Positions 1 through 8,745 of a stretch of 33,737 nt of DNA are shown here, piece by piece. Location of the stretch: the IMG/VR virus record IMGVR_UViG_3300029318_000047, positions 1 to 33,737 of that record; one strand, written 5' to 3'. The stretch comes from a virus (taxonomy: Duplodnaviria > Caudoviricetes). Each line of letters starts with the position of its first letter. Positions within the stretch are counted from its first letter, which is position 1. The notes under the pieces are model-generated. The model was not told the origin of the DNA. It saw nothing but the letters and a program-made list of their open reading frames with translations, and made no database searches. Both the position numbers and the translations under genes were made by a program.

Positions 1-8
1 TAAAACTA

Positions 9-1757
9 TTATACCACAAGTTCATCGATTTGTGAACCACTAAATTTCATTTTACTGAAATTTTTATCCTTATAAAATTCTAATTTATCTTTGAACTTGC
101 CATCAAGTATTTCACCTTTATGAGAAATGACAAATACGTTTGTATCATCATCAAGTGTATAAAGAATTTTTATAAGATTGTCTACACCATCATGATCAAG
201 AGATGAATCAAAAGTTTCATCTAATATAAGAAGGTTTGTAGATACCGAATTTTTCATCTTGGCGATTTGTCGCCAGGTAAAAAGTAAAGCCAAATCAATA
301 CGCTGCTTTTCACCTTCTGAAAAAGAATCATAAGAAAAAGAATCTCTATGTCTAGATCTTATTGTTTCTTGAAATGATTCATCTAAGTTAAAGTGTACAA
401 AGAAGTCTAAGACTTGTAGGTATTGATTTGTAAGTTTGTTTATTACTGGAAGATACTGCTTTATGATTTTAGTTTTTATTCCAGTGTCTTTTAGCATTTC
501 GCTTATAACAGTATTGTAAGAATACTCTTCATTGACTGCGAGTTTTTCTTCTAGTCCTGCATTTTTTTCTTCATTAAGTTTATCTAAAGCTTTTTGCTCT
601 GTTGCCATATCACCTTCATTACTTAGTATATGACGAATCTGAGATGACAGTGTTTCAATTTGAGATTGCAATCTACTAATCTCTTTATTATTAGATGTAA
701 GATTAGAAGTGTGTTCTCTTATCTGGTTTGACTTGTCATTTAATTCAGTTATAGTATCTTCAATGACATGTGCTTGTTCTTCTACATCGTTTAAAGCTTG
801 CTTAAACTCTAAAGCTTTTGATTTTGCTATAGACAGTTTATTGTTTTTAAGTTCTTCATCGATGTCCTGAGAACACGTAGGACAGGTATCATTCTCCTCA
901 TAAAACTTTGAGTCTTTAACTAAAGTTCTAATCTTTTGATTAAATTCAGCTTTATAGTGTAAAAGGTTTTGTTTCTTATCATGTGAATTTTTTAAGTCAT
1001 CTTCGAGCCCCTCAGAGATCGTCTCTATTGATTCTGATAAGGTTTTATTGATATGCTGCAGTTCTTTTATTTCTGCTTCATGTAAGAATATTTCTGTTTC
1101 TTTTTGCTCTACTTGATCAGTAGATAAACTTTTTACTTCTTTAATATATTTGTTTTGTAGTTCTATTCTTTCATGTACCAAAGTAAGTTCATTAGAAATA
1201 TCTTTTAGTTTATCACGTAAAGCTATATTCTTTTCTTTTACAAGAACATTCATTTTTGAAAAAATATTAATATCCAGAAGATCCTCGATGACATCACGGC
1301 GATGTTGTGCAGGTAATTGCATGAAAGGAATGAAGGAAGACGAACCTAACACAACAATCTGATGAAACGATTTATGATTCAACTTTATGATGTTTTGTTC
1401 GAGGATCTTCTGGTACTCTTTGGAATGTGATGACTGATTCATCATGTCACCGTTCTTCCAAATCTCAAATATGTTTGGCTTAATACCTCTTACTACTTTA
1501 AATAATGATTTACCAATTTGGAATTCAACTTCAACTCGTGAATCTTTGTTATTAATAGTGTTTACAAGTTGAGGTTTATTAATATTTCTGTGAGCTCTAC
1601 CAAATAAAGCAAATGATAAGGCATCAAGCATAGTTGATTTACCTGCACCATTTTGTCCTACAATAAGTGTAGAGCGTGATTTATTGAGTTGGATTTCAGT
1701 CCAGTTGTTACCAGTACTGAGAAAGTTTTTCCAACGTAAACTTTTAAAAACAATCAT
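9..1757 (-). CDS. gp46: Recombination endonuclease ATPase subunit (Rad50/SbcC-like, T4 gp46)
   Basis: Walker A GQNGAGKST, long coiled coil with CPTC zinc hook, signature FSEGEKQR, Walker B LLILDETFDSSLD; overlaps the gp47 stop. Confidence 0.97.
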   Translation of the reverse strand: MIVFKSLRWKNFLSTGNNWTEIQLNKSRSTLIVGQNGAGKSTMLDALSFALFGRAHRNINKPQLVNTINNKDSRVEVEFQIGKSLFKVVRGIKPNIFEIWKNGDMMNQSSHSKEYQKILEQNIIKLNHKSFHQIVVLGSSSFIPFMQLPAQHRRDVIEDLLDINIFSKMNVLVKEKNIALRDKLKDISNELTLVHERIELQNKYIKEVKSLSTDQVEQKETEIFLHEAEIKELQHINKTLSESIETISEGLEDDLKNSHDKKQNLLHYKAEFNQKIRTLVKDSKFYEENDTCPTCSQDIDEELKNNKLSIAKSKALEFKQALNDVEEQAHVIEDTITELNDKSNQIREHTSNLTSNNKEISRLQSQIETLSSQIRHILSNEGDMATEQKALDKLNEEKNAGLEEKLAVNEEYSYNTVISEMLKDTGIKTKIIKQYLPVINKLTNQYLQVLDFFVHFNLDESFQETIRSRHRDSFSYDSFSEGEKQRIDLALLFTWRQIAKMKNSVSTNLLILDETFDSSLDHDGVDNLIKILYTLDDDTNVFVISHKGEILDGKFKDKLEFYKDKNFSKMKFSGSQIDELVV

Positions 1758-2815
1758 ACAATTTCTAGTGCCTGTGCTTCTGTCAATAATTTTTTCATAC
1801 TAATCTTAATGCGGTCTTTATCCAGTTCTGTATCTACCGCATCTACGTAGCTATCAAGCAGTGTCTCTGTATCTTCCAATGACACTTCTTCGTCTTCCAC
1901 TTCATCGCCCATAAACTCATTAAAGTTTTCTGCGATCTTTAATTCATGTATTGGCCTATTCTGTATTCTATCAACAAATCGGTCGAATGTAAATAGGTCT
2001 TTTTTATTTACTACAACTATTTTTACGAACTTACTATCAACTTGAGATACATCATAATTAGTGTAATCATAGCTGTCATCGTCATAGCGAATGCGATGAA
2101 ACATAGTGTGAGGATTACGTACTCTTTCCAATTCTCTCGTAGCTGTGTCAAGGACGTAAAAGTATTTCGGATCATGTGCATCACTCCAAAAAAATTCCAT
2201 TTGTGAACCAAGATAGTGTATGTTATCTTGAAGAGAACCTACGTGATAGTGACCAGTTAAAACTTTTTCAAACCTAGAAAATAGTTTATGATCCATACCA
2301 TGTGTATTGCGAACGCCTCTCATCATTTCAAAACCAGTAAGTTCTAAGTGTCCACCTAACCAATCAGCTTTACAATTCTTTATAAAGTTCATAGACTCTT
2401 CATAGTTCTCCGAAGTAATCCATGGAAGTAAAGCTAGTTTAAATCCATCGTAATCCATAACTGTTGGCTTCATTATGATATGAATCTCATTCATAAAGTG
2501 GCCTAACAATTCTTTCAGAGAATTCAAATCATTAGTATTCTTGTAGTAAGTATCGTGATTGCCTGGGATAATATCCATAGACATACCACGTTCTCTTAAC
2601 TTATCAAGAAAATGTTTTCTGTTATGATTTAAAGCCTTAAAATTAACAAACTTACGATGATCGTAATAATCACCCAGGTGTACAATTTGCTTGATATTAT
2701 TTTCTTTACAGTATGGGAAAAATATTTCATCGTAAAACTTTGCAGCATTATTCAAAAACACCTCAGAACTATTACGTATTCCGCAGTGTGTATCATTCAA
2801 TATAGCGATTTTCAT
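1754..2815 (-). CDS. gp47: Recombination endonuclease nuclease subunit (Mre11/SbcD-like, T4 gp47)
   Basis: Metallophosphoesterase motifs NDTHCG, LGDYYD, PGNHD, GGHLE, TGHYH; adjacent to gp46. Confidence 0.97.
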   Translation of the reverse strand: MKIAILNDTHCGIRNSSEVFLNNAAKFYDEIFFPYCKENNIKQIVHLGDYYDHRKFVNFKALNHNRKHFLDKLRERGMSMDIIPGNHDTYYKNTNDLNSLKELLGHFMNEIHIIMKPTVMDYDGFKLALLPWITSENYEESMNFIKNCKADWLGGHLELTGFEMMRGVRNTHGMDHKLFSRFEKVLTGHYHVGSLQDNIHYLGSQMEFFWSDAHDPKYFYVLDTATRELERVRNPHTMFHRIRYDDDSYDYTNYDVSQVDSKFVKIVVVNKKDLFTFDRFVDRIQNRPIHELKIAENFNEFMGDEVEDEEVSLEDTETLLDSYVDAVDTELDKDRIKISMKKLLTEAQALEIV

Positions 2816-2818
2816 TAA

Positions 2819-3403
2819 TTAAAAAAATTCCTCTAGGTTAGAATCTGCTAATCTAGTTTTCTTTTTTGCTTTTTCTTTTTTAGTAAACTCTTTGATTTCT
2901 GTGTCGTATGTTTTAACTTTTTCTATACGATCTTTCAAAACATCAACAAAGTGAGTTGCAACTGTCTGCCCACCTTCTTCATCTCCAATCATAATAAAAG
3001 CTTCTACGCCAGATTGAGACATATACTTTTGTTTTATTTCTTGTTGCTTCTTTTCTTTGTTAATACGTCTTAAGAAAGCATACCAAATTATTTGAGTAAA
3101 ATAGGCAAACGCGTTTGGTTTACCTGTACGTGTTGAAGCATTGATGTTGTAGTTCTCTACAGCCTTTAAACAATTTTCAACAGCATCCATTACCATTTCT
3201 TCTCGGTATGTGTATCGAATGAAGTTTGATTTATGAGATAAATTTTCTGCAATCTTAAGAAAACAAATAGCGATGTAGTCTGGAACTACAGGTAATACGT
3301 TACCAAATTCTTTTGCTTCATTTACAGATTTTACGTAGTCAACTATAGCTTGAGAAAACTCAGCATTGTTTACATAATGTACGTTCTTTGATTTTTTTGC
3401 CAT
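2819..3403 (-). CDS. gp55: Late-transcription sigma factor (T4 gp55)
   Basis: HYVNN.EF, YTYREEMVMDAVENCL and NAFAYFTQIIWYAFLRRI.KEKKQ are typical of gp55. Start moved to ATG 3403 because a GGAG RBS lies at 3409-3412. Confidence 0.95.
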   Translation of the reverse strand: MAKKSKNVHYVNNAEFSQAIVDYVKSVNEAKEFGNVLPVVPDYIAICFLKIAENLSHKSNFIRYTYREEMVMDAVENCLKAVENYNINASTRTGKPNAFAYFTQIIWYAFLRRINKEKKQQEIKQKYMSQSGVEAFIMIGDEEGGQTVATHFVDVLKDRIEKVKTYDTEIKEFTKKEKAKKKTRLADSNLEEFF

Positions 3404-3425
3404 AATAACTCCAATCAATTAATAT

Positions 3426-3455
3426 ATTCTACCATATAAGTTATGGAAAGTAAAC
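3426..3455 (-). promoter_or_regulatory. T4-early/sigma70-type promoter for gp55-47-46
   Basis: Minus strand reads GTTTACT, 17 nt, TAGAAT preceded by TGn; A-tracts upstream (3459-3476) resemble an UP element. Confidence 0.8.
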
Positions 3456-3496
3456 AACTTTTTTTCACTTTTTTTTCAAAAAAATGCATTTTAGGG

Positions 3497-3525
3497 GTTT
3501 ACACCACGCACAGCTGTGGTATAAT
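3497..3525 (+). promoter_or_regulatory. Divergent T4-early/sigma70-type promoter with no downstream sense gene
   Basis: Plus strand reads GTTTACA (3497-3503), 16 nt, TATAAT (3520-3525) with extended -10 TGn. It points into the 3' end of the uvsW operon. Confidence 0.75.
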
Positions 3526-3556
3526 AATAGAGTAGGCTTTGAGGTGGGTGGATATA

Positions 3557-3979
3557 CTAGTGAAGTTTATCTTTGTTATAATCATATAGCGACACTACAT
3601 TATCTTGGCCTGAATCATTATACTCTAATTCATTTCTTTCTAACCGATCCATCCATTCGTCCATTGAATAGGTTCGGCGATCACTTTCCATTTCTTTAAA
3701 TTCTTTTACCGCGTTTTTCCACTGTTGTTTCATATCTTCAGAAGGTATAGCCATCGCTACGATGTGATACCCGTTTAAAGAAATAATATCTGTAACGTCA
3801 TCTTTCATTATGAGCCACGGGCGAAATGAATGATAAGATATTGATTTATTAAATTCTACTTTAGTAAGCCGTAAGCAATGTGAGATTAAAAGTTCATCTG
3901 TCTCAGAATCTTTACTTCCACCATCTACAATATTGCATATGATTTCCTCACCGTTTGTTAATTTAATTTGCCTCAGCAT
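3557..3979 (-). CDS. Conserved hypothetical protein downstream of uvsW, probable Sm-like fold
   Basis: N-terminal IKLTNGEEIIC and FRPW pattern resembles small Sm-like proteins of T4-like phages; start overlaps the uvsW stop; acidic tail ending KLH. Confidence 0.7.
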   Translation of the reverse strand: MLRQIKLTNGEEIICNIVDGGSKDSETDELLISHCLRLTKVEFNKSISYHSFRPWLIMKDDVTDIISLNGYHIVAMAIPSEDMKQQWKNAVKEFKEMESDRRTYSMDEWMDRLERNELEYNDSGQDNVVSLYDYNKDKLH

Positions 3980-5484
3980 TACATCTCCACCTTGTAAACG
4001 TTACAGTTAAACTTTTCATTTTTATATATTTTTAATCTTTCTTCTGCGTGAATGAGAGAATAATTCTTTCTGCTTTTCCAATGAAGATCGTCGGCTATGT
4101 CGTAGAGCGTCGTGATTCTTCCGTCATCGGATCTGCGTAGCCCTCTTCCGATACTCTGTAAAACTTTAATTTGAGACTTGCTTGGGCTAGCGAATATGAT
4201 ATTATGCAAATTGCGAATATTAATACCAGTACTAAAAGTACCAAGACTTGCAACAATAATGGCATCCTTTTGTCCTTCCGTTATTCTACGTATAGCTTCT
4301 CTATCAACAGCTTCAGTATTTCCTGATACAAAGAATACTTTTCTATTTATATCTGCTTTAGAGTCAATCATATCAAACAATATTTTACCATGTTTTTCCA
4401 CAAATTGGAATAGCACAAGTGTATTTCCTTTTTGATCTAGTGCTAAATTTTTTATAAAGCTATTTCGTTTTTCATTTTTAACTATAAAATCTATTTCATC
4501 ATGATATGTTTTAGAACCAAAAGATTGTTTAGTTTCTTTATCATAATCTAATACAACCATAAGTATTTTTAGAGGCGCGAGAGTTTCGTTATCTTGTAAT
4601 GTTTTAGTAGTTGTAACTTTAAACACTTTACCAAATAATCCCTCAAGTACTAGTTGGTGTGTCTGAGTTCCATCAAGAGTGCCGGTGGTTCCAAAGCGGT
4701 ATGATGCATTACGCGATTTGTTCATTATAGAAGTTAATGATTTAGATTTGAATCCATGACACTCATCACCAAACACTATGCCAAATTGTTCAAACCACGT
4801 GTATGGTAATTTGTATATTGATTGCCATGTACTAATAAAGACTCTTTCTTGTATGTTAGTTTTAGGTTGTCCTGAATATATTACGTGACACTCTTCATTA
4901 GCAATAAATGATTGATCGTTAGAAGAATAATCTTGAAAGTCTGTAAACATTTGTCGCACAAGTGATGTCGTAGGAACTATGACCAATACTTTATTATCAT
5001 AATTTTCTAAGAACCACCTGAGGATGATGTATATTATAAGTGATTTACCTGATCCAGTTGGTGATAGTAGTACAGCTCTTTTACGCTTTATTCCTTCGCA
5101 TATAGCATCAAACTGATAATCTCTTACTGTTATTTTTTCTCCTCGGCTGTGTAAGTCTAAGCTTTCTATAAAGGACATTATTTCTTTAGGGTTTATTTTA
5201 TTAGTAGCATTAGGTAAACCATAATCACTATCTTCATACTCTATGCTATAATCTCTTTTACTACAAAAGTCCTGTACATATGGCAATAATCCAATCGGTA
5301 ATTCTTGAGTTTGTTGATTGAACAGACGTATCTTACCATCCCACACTTTATTACGAAATGCAGGCATGTACTTATAACCTGGTACAAAAAATGAAAAGAA
5401 GTCTGAAAGTTCTGCGCCTATTCCATAGTCACAGCCAACCAGCATACTGCTCTCATTTCTTTTTTGTAGAATTAATTTATCCAC
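3979..5484 (-). CDS. uvsW: UvsW SF2 DNA/RNA-DNA helicase
   Basis: WDGKIRLF, RDYQ, SPTGSGKS (motif I), GDECH (motif II), GTTGT (motif III), QSIGRGLR (motif VI). Confidence 0.97.
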   Translation of the reverse strand: MDKLILQKRNESSMLVGCDYGIGAELSDFFSFFVPGYKYMPAFRNKVWDGKIRLFNQQTQELPIGLLPYVQDFCSKRDYSIEYEDSDYGLPNATNKINPKEIMSFIESLDLHSRGEKITVRDYQFDAICEGIKRKRAVLLSPTGSGKSLIIYIILRWFLENYDNKVLVIVPTTSLVRQMFTDFQDYSSNDQSFIANEECHVIYSGQPKTNIQERVFISTWQSIYKLPYTWFEQFGIVFGDECHGFKSKSLTSIMNKSRNASYRFGTTGTLDGTQTHQLVLEGLFGKVFKVTTTKTLQDNETLAPLKILMVVLDYDKETKQSFGSKTYHDEIDFIVKNEKRNSFIKNLALDQKGNTLVLFQFVEKHGKILFDMIDSKADINRKVFFVSGNTEAVDREAIRRITEGQKDAIIVASLGTFSTGINIRNLHNIIFASPSKSQIKVLQSIGRGLRRSDDGRITTLYDIADDLHWKSRKNYSLIHAEERLKIYKNEKFNCNVYKVEM

Positions 5485-5923
5485 CTGCTTCGAACTGCTT
5501 CCATTTAATTATGTTACCAATTGTTTGGTGTCGCCATCTGATAGTTTCTACTATTTCTTGAAGTGTTTCAACTAGTGTTTTATAATATGCGATTCTTTCT
5601 TCACTTTTCTGAATATCTTCGTCTGCATCGTAGTAGTGATCCATATCACCTTTCATTACTTTTAAACCATCAAATGGATCAAATTCCCAACCTTTAGACT
5701 CTATTTCTTCTTGCGACATCTTACCATTATAATAAAGCCACTTCTCTTTGAGCAATGTTTTTTGGTTCATCTGTGTTTTTTTCAACTGCAATTTAGATAG
5801 TGATAACCACTGAAGATACTTCGCATGCAATTTAGCAGTATCTACAGAAGACTCGTCTAATTTTGATTGATTTATAACGCTATCTTTTTGCCATTCACTT
5901 AATACATTTTCAATATTTATCAT
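5477..5923 (-). CDS. uvsY: UvsY recombination mediator
   Basis: 148-aa helical protein with LHAKY, K..YY.GK and Y.DAD.DI motifs and a C-terminal I.W.QF..GG; canonical position before uvsW. Confidence 0.9.
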   Translation of the reverse strand: MINIENVLSEWQKDSVINQSKLDESSVDTAKLHAKYLQWLSLSKLQLKKTQMNQKTLLKEKWLYYNGKMSQEEIESKGWEFDPFDGLKVMKGDMDHYYDADEDIQKSEERIAYYKTLVETLQEIVETIRWRHQTIGNIIKWKQFEAGG

Positions 5924-5940
5924 AAAATCTTTCCGTTACA

Positions 5941-5948
5941 GATTTATA
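5941..5948 (-). promoter_or_regulatory. Variant late promoter (TATAAATC) before uvsY
   Basis: 7/8 match to TATAAATA in the short intergenic gap before the uvsY start. Confidence 0.5.
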
Positions 5949-5950
5949 TA

Positions 5951-6790
5951 TTACACTTCTACGTGTAAGTTTGAGAACACCGGTCTCTTTAATTTTTCTA
6001 ATTCTTTTTCTAGTTTTTTAACACCAATCATTTTTTTATAGTGATCTTTTAATCCTAAATCTCCTACTTCTTGCAACTCACCAAAATCCCATGTGTTGTA
6101 AAAGATCCAACGCATTGATAAGTGCAAAATCCCATAGCTTCCTTTTTCAAAAAAATCTTCATACGTTATTGCAACATATCTTGGCCCATAAACTTGTAAA
6201 AGTCTCCAAACATTTAAATTAGTTTTGTTTACATATTTTTGATTTGTTATAAGATAATTGATATCAAGTTTTTTAGGTTTAAATTGTGAAGGTTTGAACT
6301 TGTGTGTCTTAATATCTTTAGGCTGATACATACCAGATTCTTTACTATACCACACAGACAGCAATCTATTTAAAGATTTTTTTCTGTGTAAAAATAAAAT
6401 ACTTGAATGATATCTATTTGTATGTCTTATTATAGCATCAACGACATCTATGTGTATTTCCTCTGTAAAAATTCTATGCGTTGGTCTATAAGAAAATATG
6501 ACATCTATGGTATGTTCGAGCTTACTTATATCTTTATGTGTTTCATAATGTTTTACTACATCATAAAACATACCATCTCTAGTAAAAAGATCTGTTGTGT
6601 TTGCTTCATAATTAACTTTATAACCAAGAGATTCTACTATCTCTCCTAGCTTGTTATAGTCTACATATTTTTTGTGATATTTAAAAAACCAATCTATAAC
6701 GCTTTTGCTACCAGTTCTTTTATTCGCAAAGATAATCATATTTCGGTACGACCTGACAAGGGTCGTCACACTTTTTTCATCATTAATCAT
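5951..6790 (-). CDS. Putative PAPS-dependent sulfotransferase (Stf0-like)
   Basis: 5'-phosphosulfate-binding loop IIFANKRTGS (aa 19-28), 3'-phosphate-binding motif ILFLHR-x8-S (R136, S145), and ITYEDF (aa 208-213). Order and spacing fit the sulfotransferase fold. Confidence 0.72.
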   Translation of the reverse strand: MINDEKSVTTLVRSYRNMIIFANKRTGSKSVIDWFFKYHKKYVDYNKLGEIVESLGYKVNYEANTTDLFTRDGMFYDVVKHYETHKDISKLEHTIDVIFSYRPTHRIFTEEIHIDVVDAIIRHTNRYHSSILFLHRKKSLNRLLSVWYSKESGMYQPKDIKTHKFKPSQFKPKKLDINYLITNQKYVNKTNLNVWRLLQVYGPRYVAITYEDFFEKGSYGILHLSMRWIFYNTWDFGELQEVGDLGLKDHYKKMIGVKKLEKELEKLKRPVFSNLHVEV

Positions 6791-6793
6791 AAT

Positions 6794-7324
6794 TTAAATA
6801 ACTTCGAAATAACTCATTTTAAATGTTACAGGGAAAACTAAAGGTGGATCGTCACTTACTGTTGATTGTAGTGTTACAGATCCTAAAGAAGTTGGAATGC
6901 AGTTTACATATTTTATTTTTTTCAGTACGTTATTGTGGCTAGATAAAATGCTGACAATAATATCTGATTCTGGAATATAACCTTTTCCAATTCTATTTTG
7001 AACTGGCTCATAATTATGTTGTACAGTTGTGTTCAACCAATTGTACATTTCTAAGTAACACTTCATTTCTTCATCTAGCAATATGTCCATTGCTAAATCT
7101 TCCACGTCATATGTATCTCCAGGAACAGACATATTCTGCAATCTTGGAATAGATAACGCAGGAGTATTTACAGACACACCAGGATGTGTTACAGTGTTAG
7201 CAAAAAATTGGAGGTTATGAAATCTCTTACGATCAATTCTTACATGAAAATCTGTAGGCTTCATGTAATTAAAATTGGTGGTAAGAGGACCTTCCTCCAT
7301 AATGTTTACAGTTGATGTTACCAT
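6794..7324 (-). CDS. gp3: Tail completion / tail tube terminator (T4 gp3)
   Basis: N.M.PT.F, LQFF...V..PG, PGD, LLDEEM..YLE.YNW, C.PTSLG patterns; follows gp23 as in marine T4-like phages. Confidence 0.9.
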   Translation of the reverse strand: MVTSTVNIMEEGPLTTNFNYMKPTDFHVRIDRKRFHNLQFFANTVTHPGVSVNTPALSIPRLQNMSVPGDTYDVEDLAMDILLDEEMKCYLEMYNWLNTTVQHNYEPVQNRIGKGYIPESDIIVSILSSHNNVLKKIKYVNCIPTSLGSVTLQSTVSDDPPLVFPVTFKMSYFEVI

Positions 7325-7346
7325 AATTATTAACCTTATATAGGAT

Positions 7347-7354
7347 TATTTATA
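7347..7354 (-). promoter_or_regulatory. T4 late promoter TATAAATA for gp3 and the sulfotransferase
   Basis: Exact consensus, 23 nt before the gp3 start. Confidence 0.9.
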
Positions 7355-7356
7355 CG

Positions 7357-7381
7357 AAAAAAAGGGGGCATAAAGCCCCCT
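7357..7381 (-). terminator. Intrinsic terminator after gp23
   Basis: Minus strand AGGGGGC-TTTAT-GCCCCCT followed by a T tract. Confidence 0.92.
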
Positions 7382-7404
7382 AAAGTTCTTCCGTAACTCT
7401 TGGC

Positions 7405-8733
7405 TTATGCGCCTAAGATGTTGTCTACTCGGAAAATTCTGTAGTATTGGTTTGTTTTGCTTGCAGCAAGACCGTTTGAAGGTGCTGTGCCTACGAATGG
7501 GTTTGAAGCCATGCCGTAACGAGTTTTAAAACCAATTTTTGGTTGGAAAGTATCTTCCCCTACAGCACGTACCATTGTTAATGGAACGTATGGGCAGTAG
7601 AATACACCAGCGTCATATGGGTTAGTACCCTTATAACCTACTGTGATGTAGTCAACTGTTGCATATGGGTCGATATACACACGAGTACGTCCGTTTAGTA
7701 CACCAGCAAATGTGTTGCCTGTGTCGTCTACGTTCAATTGTGTGTTCATTGCAGGTGCGTAATCCAACATACCTGTTGCAGATAGAGCAGAAGCTACATC
7801 TGAAGAGGTGATGATGAAGTTACCACGACCGCGTCGAGTTTCTTTAGCGATTGTGTTAGCTTCACGCTCTAGTTGAACGATCAAACCTTTGAATTTTTCA
7901 ACTGACCAACGGCCGTCTGCGTCTGTTTGTAGATCAAAGATACCGTTGATTGCTGTGTTAGCTGTACCAGCACCAGTTTTAGCTTGTGCGTTAATTGTAC
8001 GGATAACTTCGCGGTTGATTTCAGCCAAGATCTCTGTTGACAAGATGTTTGACAATTCTGTTTCGGCGTCTAGACCGTGAATTGCTTTAAGATCCTGTGC
8101 TAGCTCTAAGCTGTATTCAGCTTTCAATGCACGGCTTTTCGCTGTGACTGTAGCTTTCTCGATGGTGAAACCCATTTCTGAGAATGATGAAGCGGGGCCG
8201 CCGCCTGTTGAACCAAGACCTTCAGCGTCTGCTGTTGGCATTGCTCCACCAAATGTTGGACCTACTCGATCGTTGTCGATTGATGAGTCACTGTTTGAGT
8301 CTGTTAGACCTGATAGGCCTGAACCGTCAGCACTTTGTGTAGCACCTGAGTCACCAGAATGTGTGGTGTCTGCTTCGTTGAATAGTGCTTCAGTGTTGCC
8401 TGTTGAACCGCCGTCGAAGCGTGACTTCATTGCGAAGATCAAGCCTGTTGGGCCAGTCATTGGCTGCACACCACATACGTCGTAAGCCATCATGTTTGGC
8501 ATAGCACGTCGTACAAGTGAAATCAGAATTGGATTCCAGTTTGCAGCTGAAGTTGTATTGTTTCCAGGAACTGCTTCGTTTACCATTCCTTGCTCTGCTA
8601 GAGCTTTCTCTTGGTTTTCCAAAACAATCGCAGTTACTGCTTTACGATGGGAATCTTTGATGCCACCAGCAGCTTCTTCATTAAGAACTGGCGCCCATTT
8701 TTCCATCAAATGATTTGCGTTAATATTTTCCAT
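7405..8733 (-). CDS. gp23: Major capsid protein (T4 gp23)
   Basis: LISLVRRAMP, GVQPMTGPTGLIFA, KSRALKAEYSLELAQDLKAIHGLDAE, FQPKIGFKTRYG; probable gp21 cleavage after VNE (aa 53). Confidence 0.99.
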   Translation of the reverse strand: MENINANHLMEKWAPVLNEEAAGGIKDSHRKAVTAIVLENQEKALAEQGMVNEAVPGNNTTSAANWNPILISLVRRAMPNMMAYDVCGVQPMTGPTGLIFAMKSRFDGGSTGNTEALFNEADTTHSGDSGATQSADGSGLSGLTDSNSDSSIDNDRVGPTFGGAMPTADAEGLGSTGGGPASSFSEMGFTIEKATVTAKSRALKAEYSLELAQDLKAIHGLDAETELSNILSTEILAEINREVIRTINAQAKTGAGTANTAINGIFDLQTDADGRWSVEKFKGLIVQLEREANTIAKETRRGRGNFIITSSDVASALSATGMLDYAPAMNTQLNVDDTGNTFAGVLNGRTRVYIDPYATVDYITVGYKGTNPYDAGVFYCPYVPLTMVRAVGEDTFQPKIGFKTRYGMASNPFVGTAPSNGLAASKTNQYYRIFRVDNILGA

Positions 8734-8745
8734 TTTTGGACTTCC

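Noticed and set aside
3484-3699. 71-aa plus-strand ORF as the target of the divergent promoter
   Set aside because: Its ATG lies upstream of the promoter, it has no RBS, and it overlaps a real gene in antisense.
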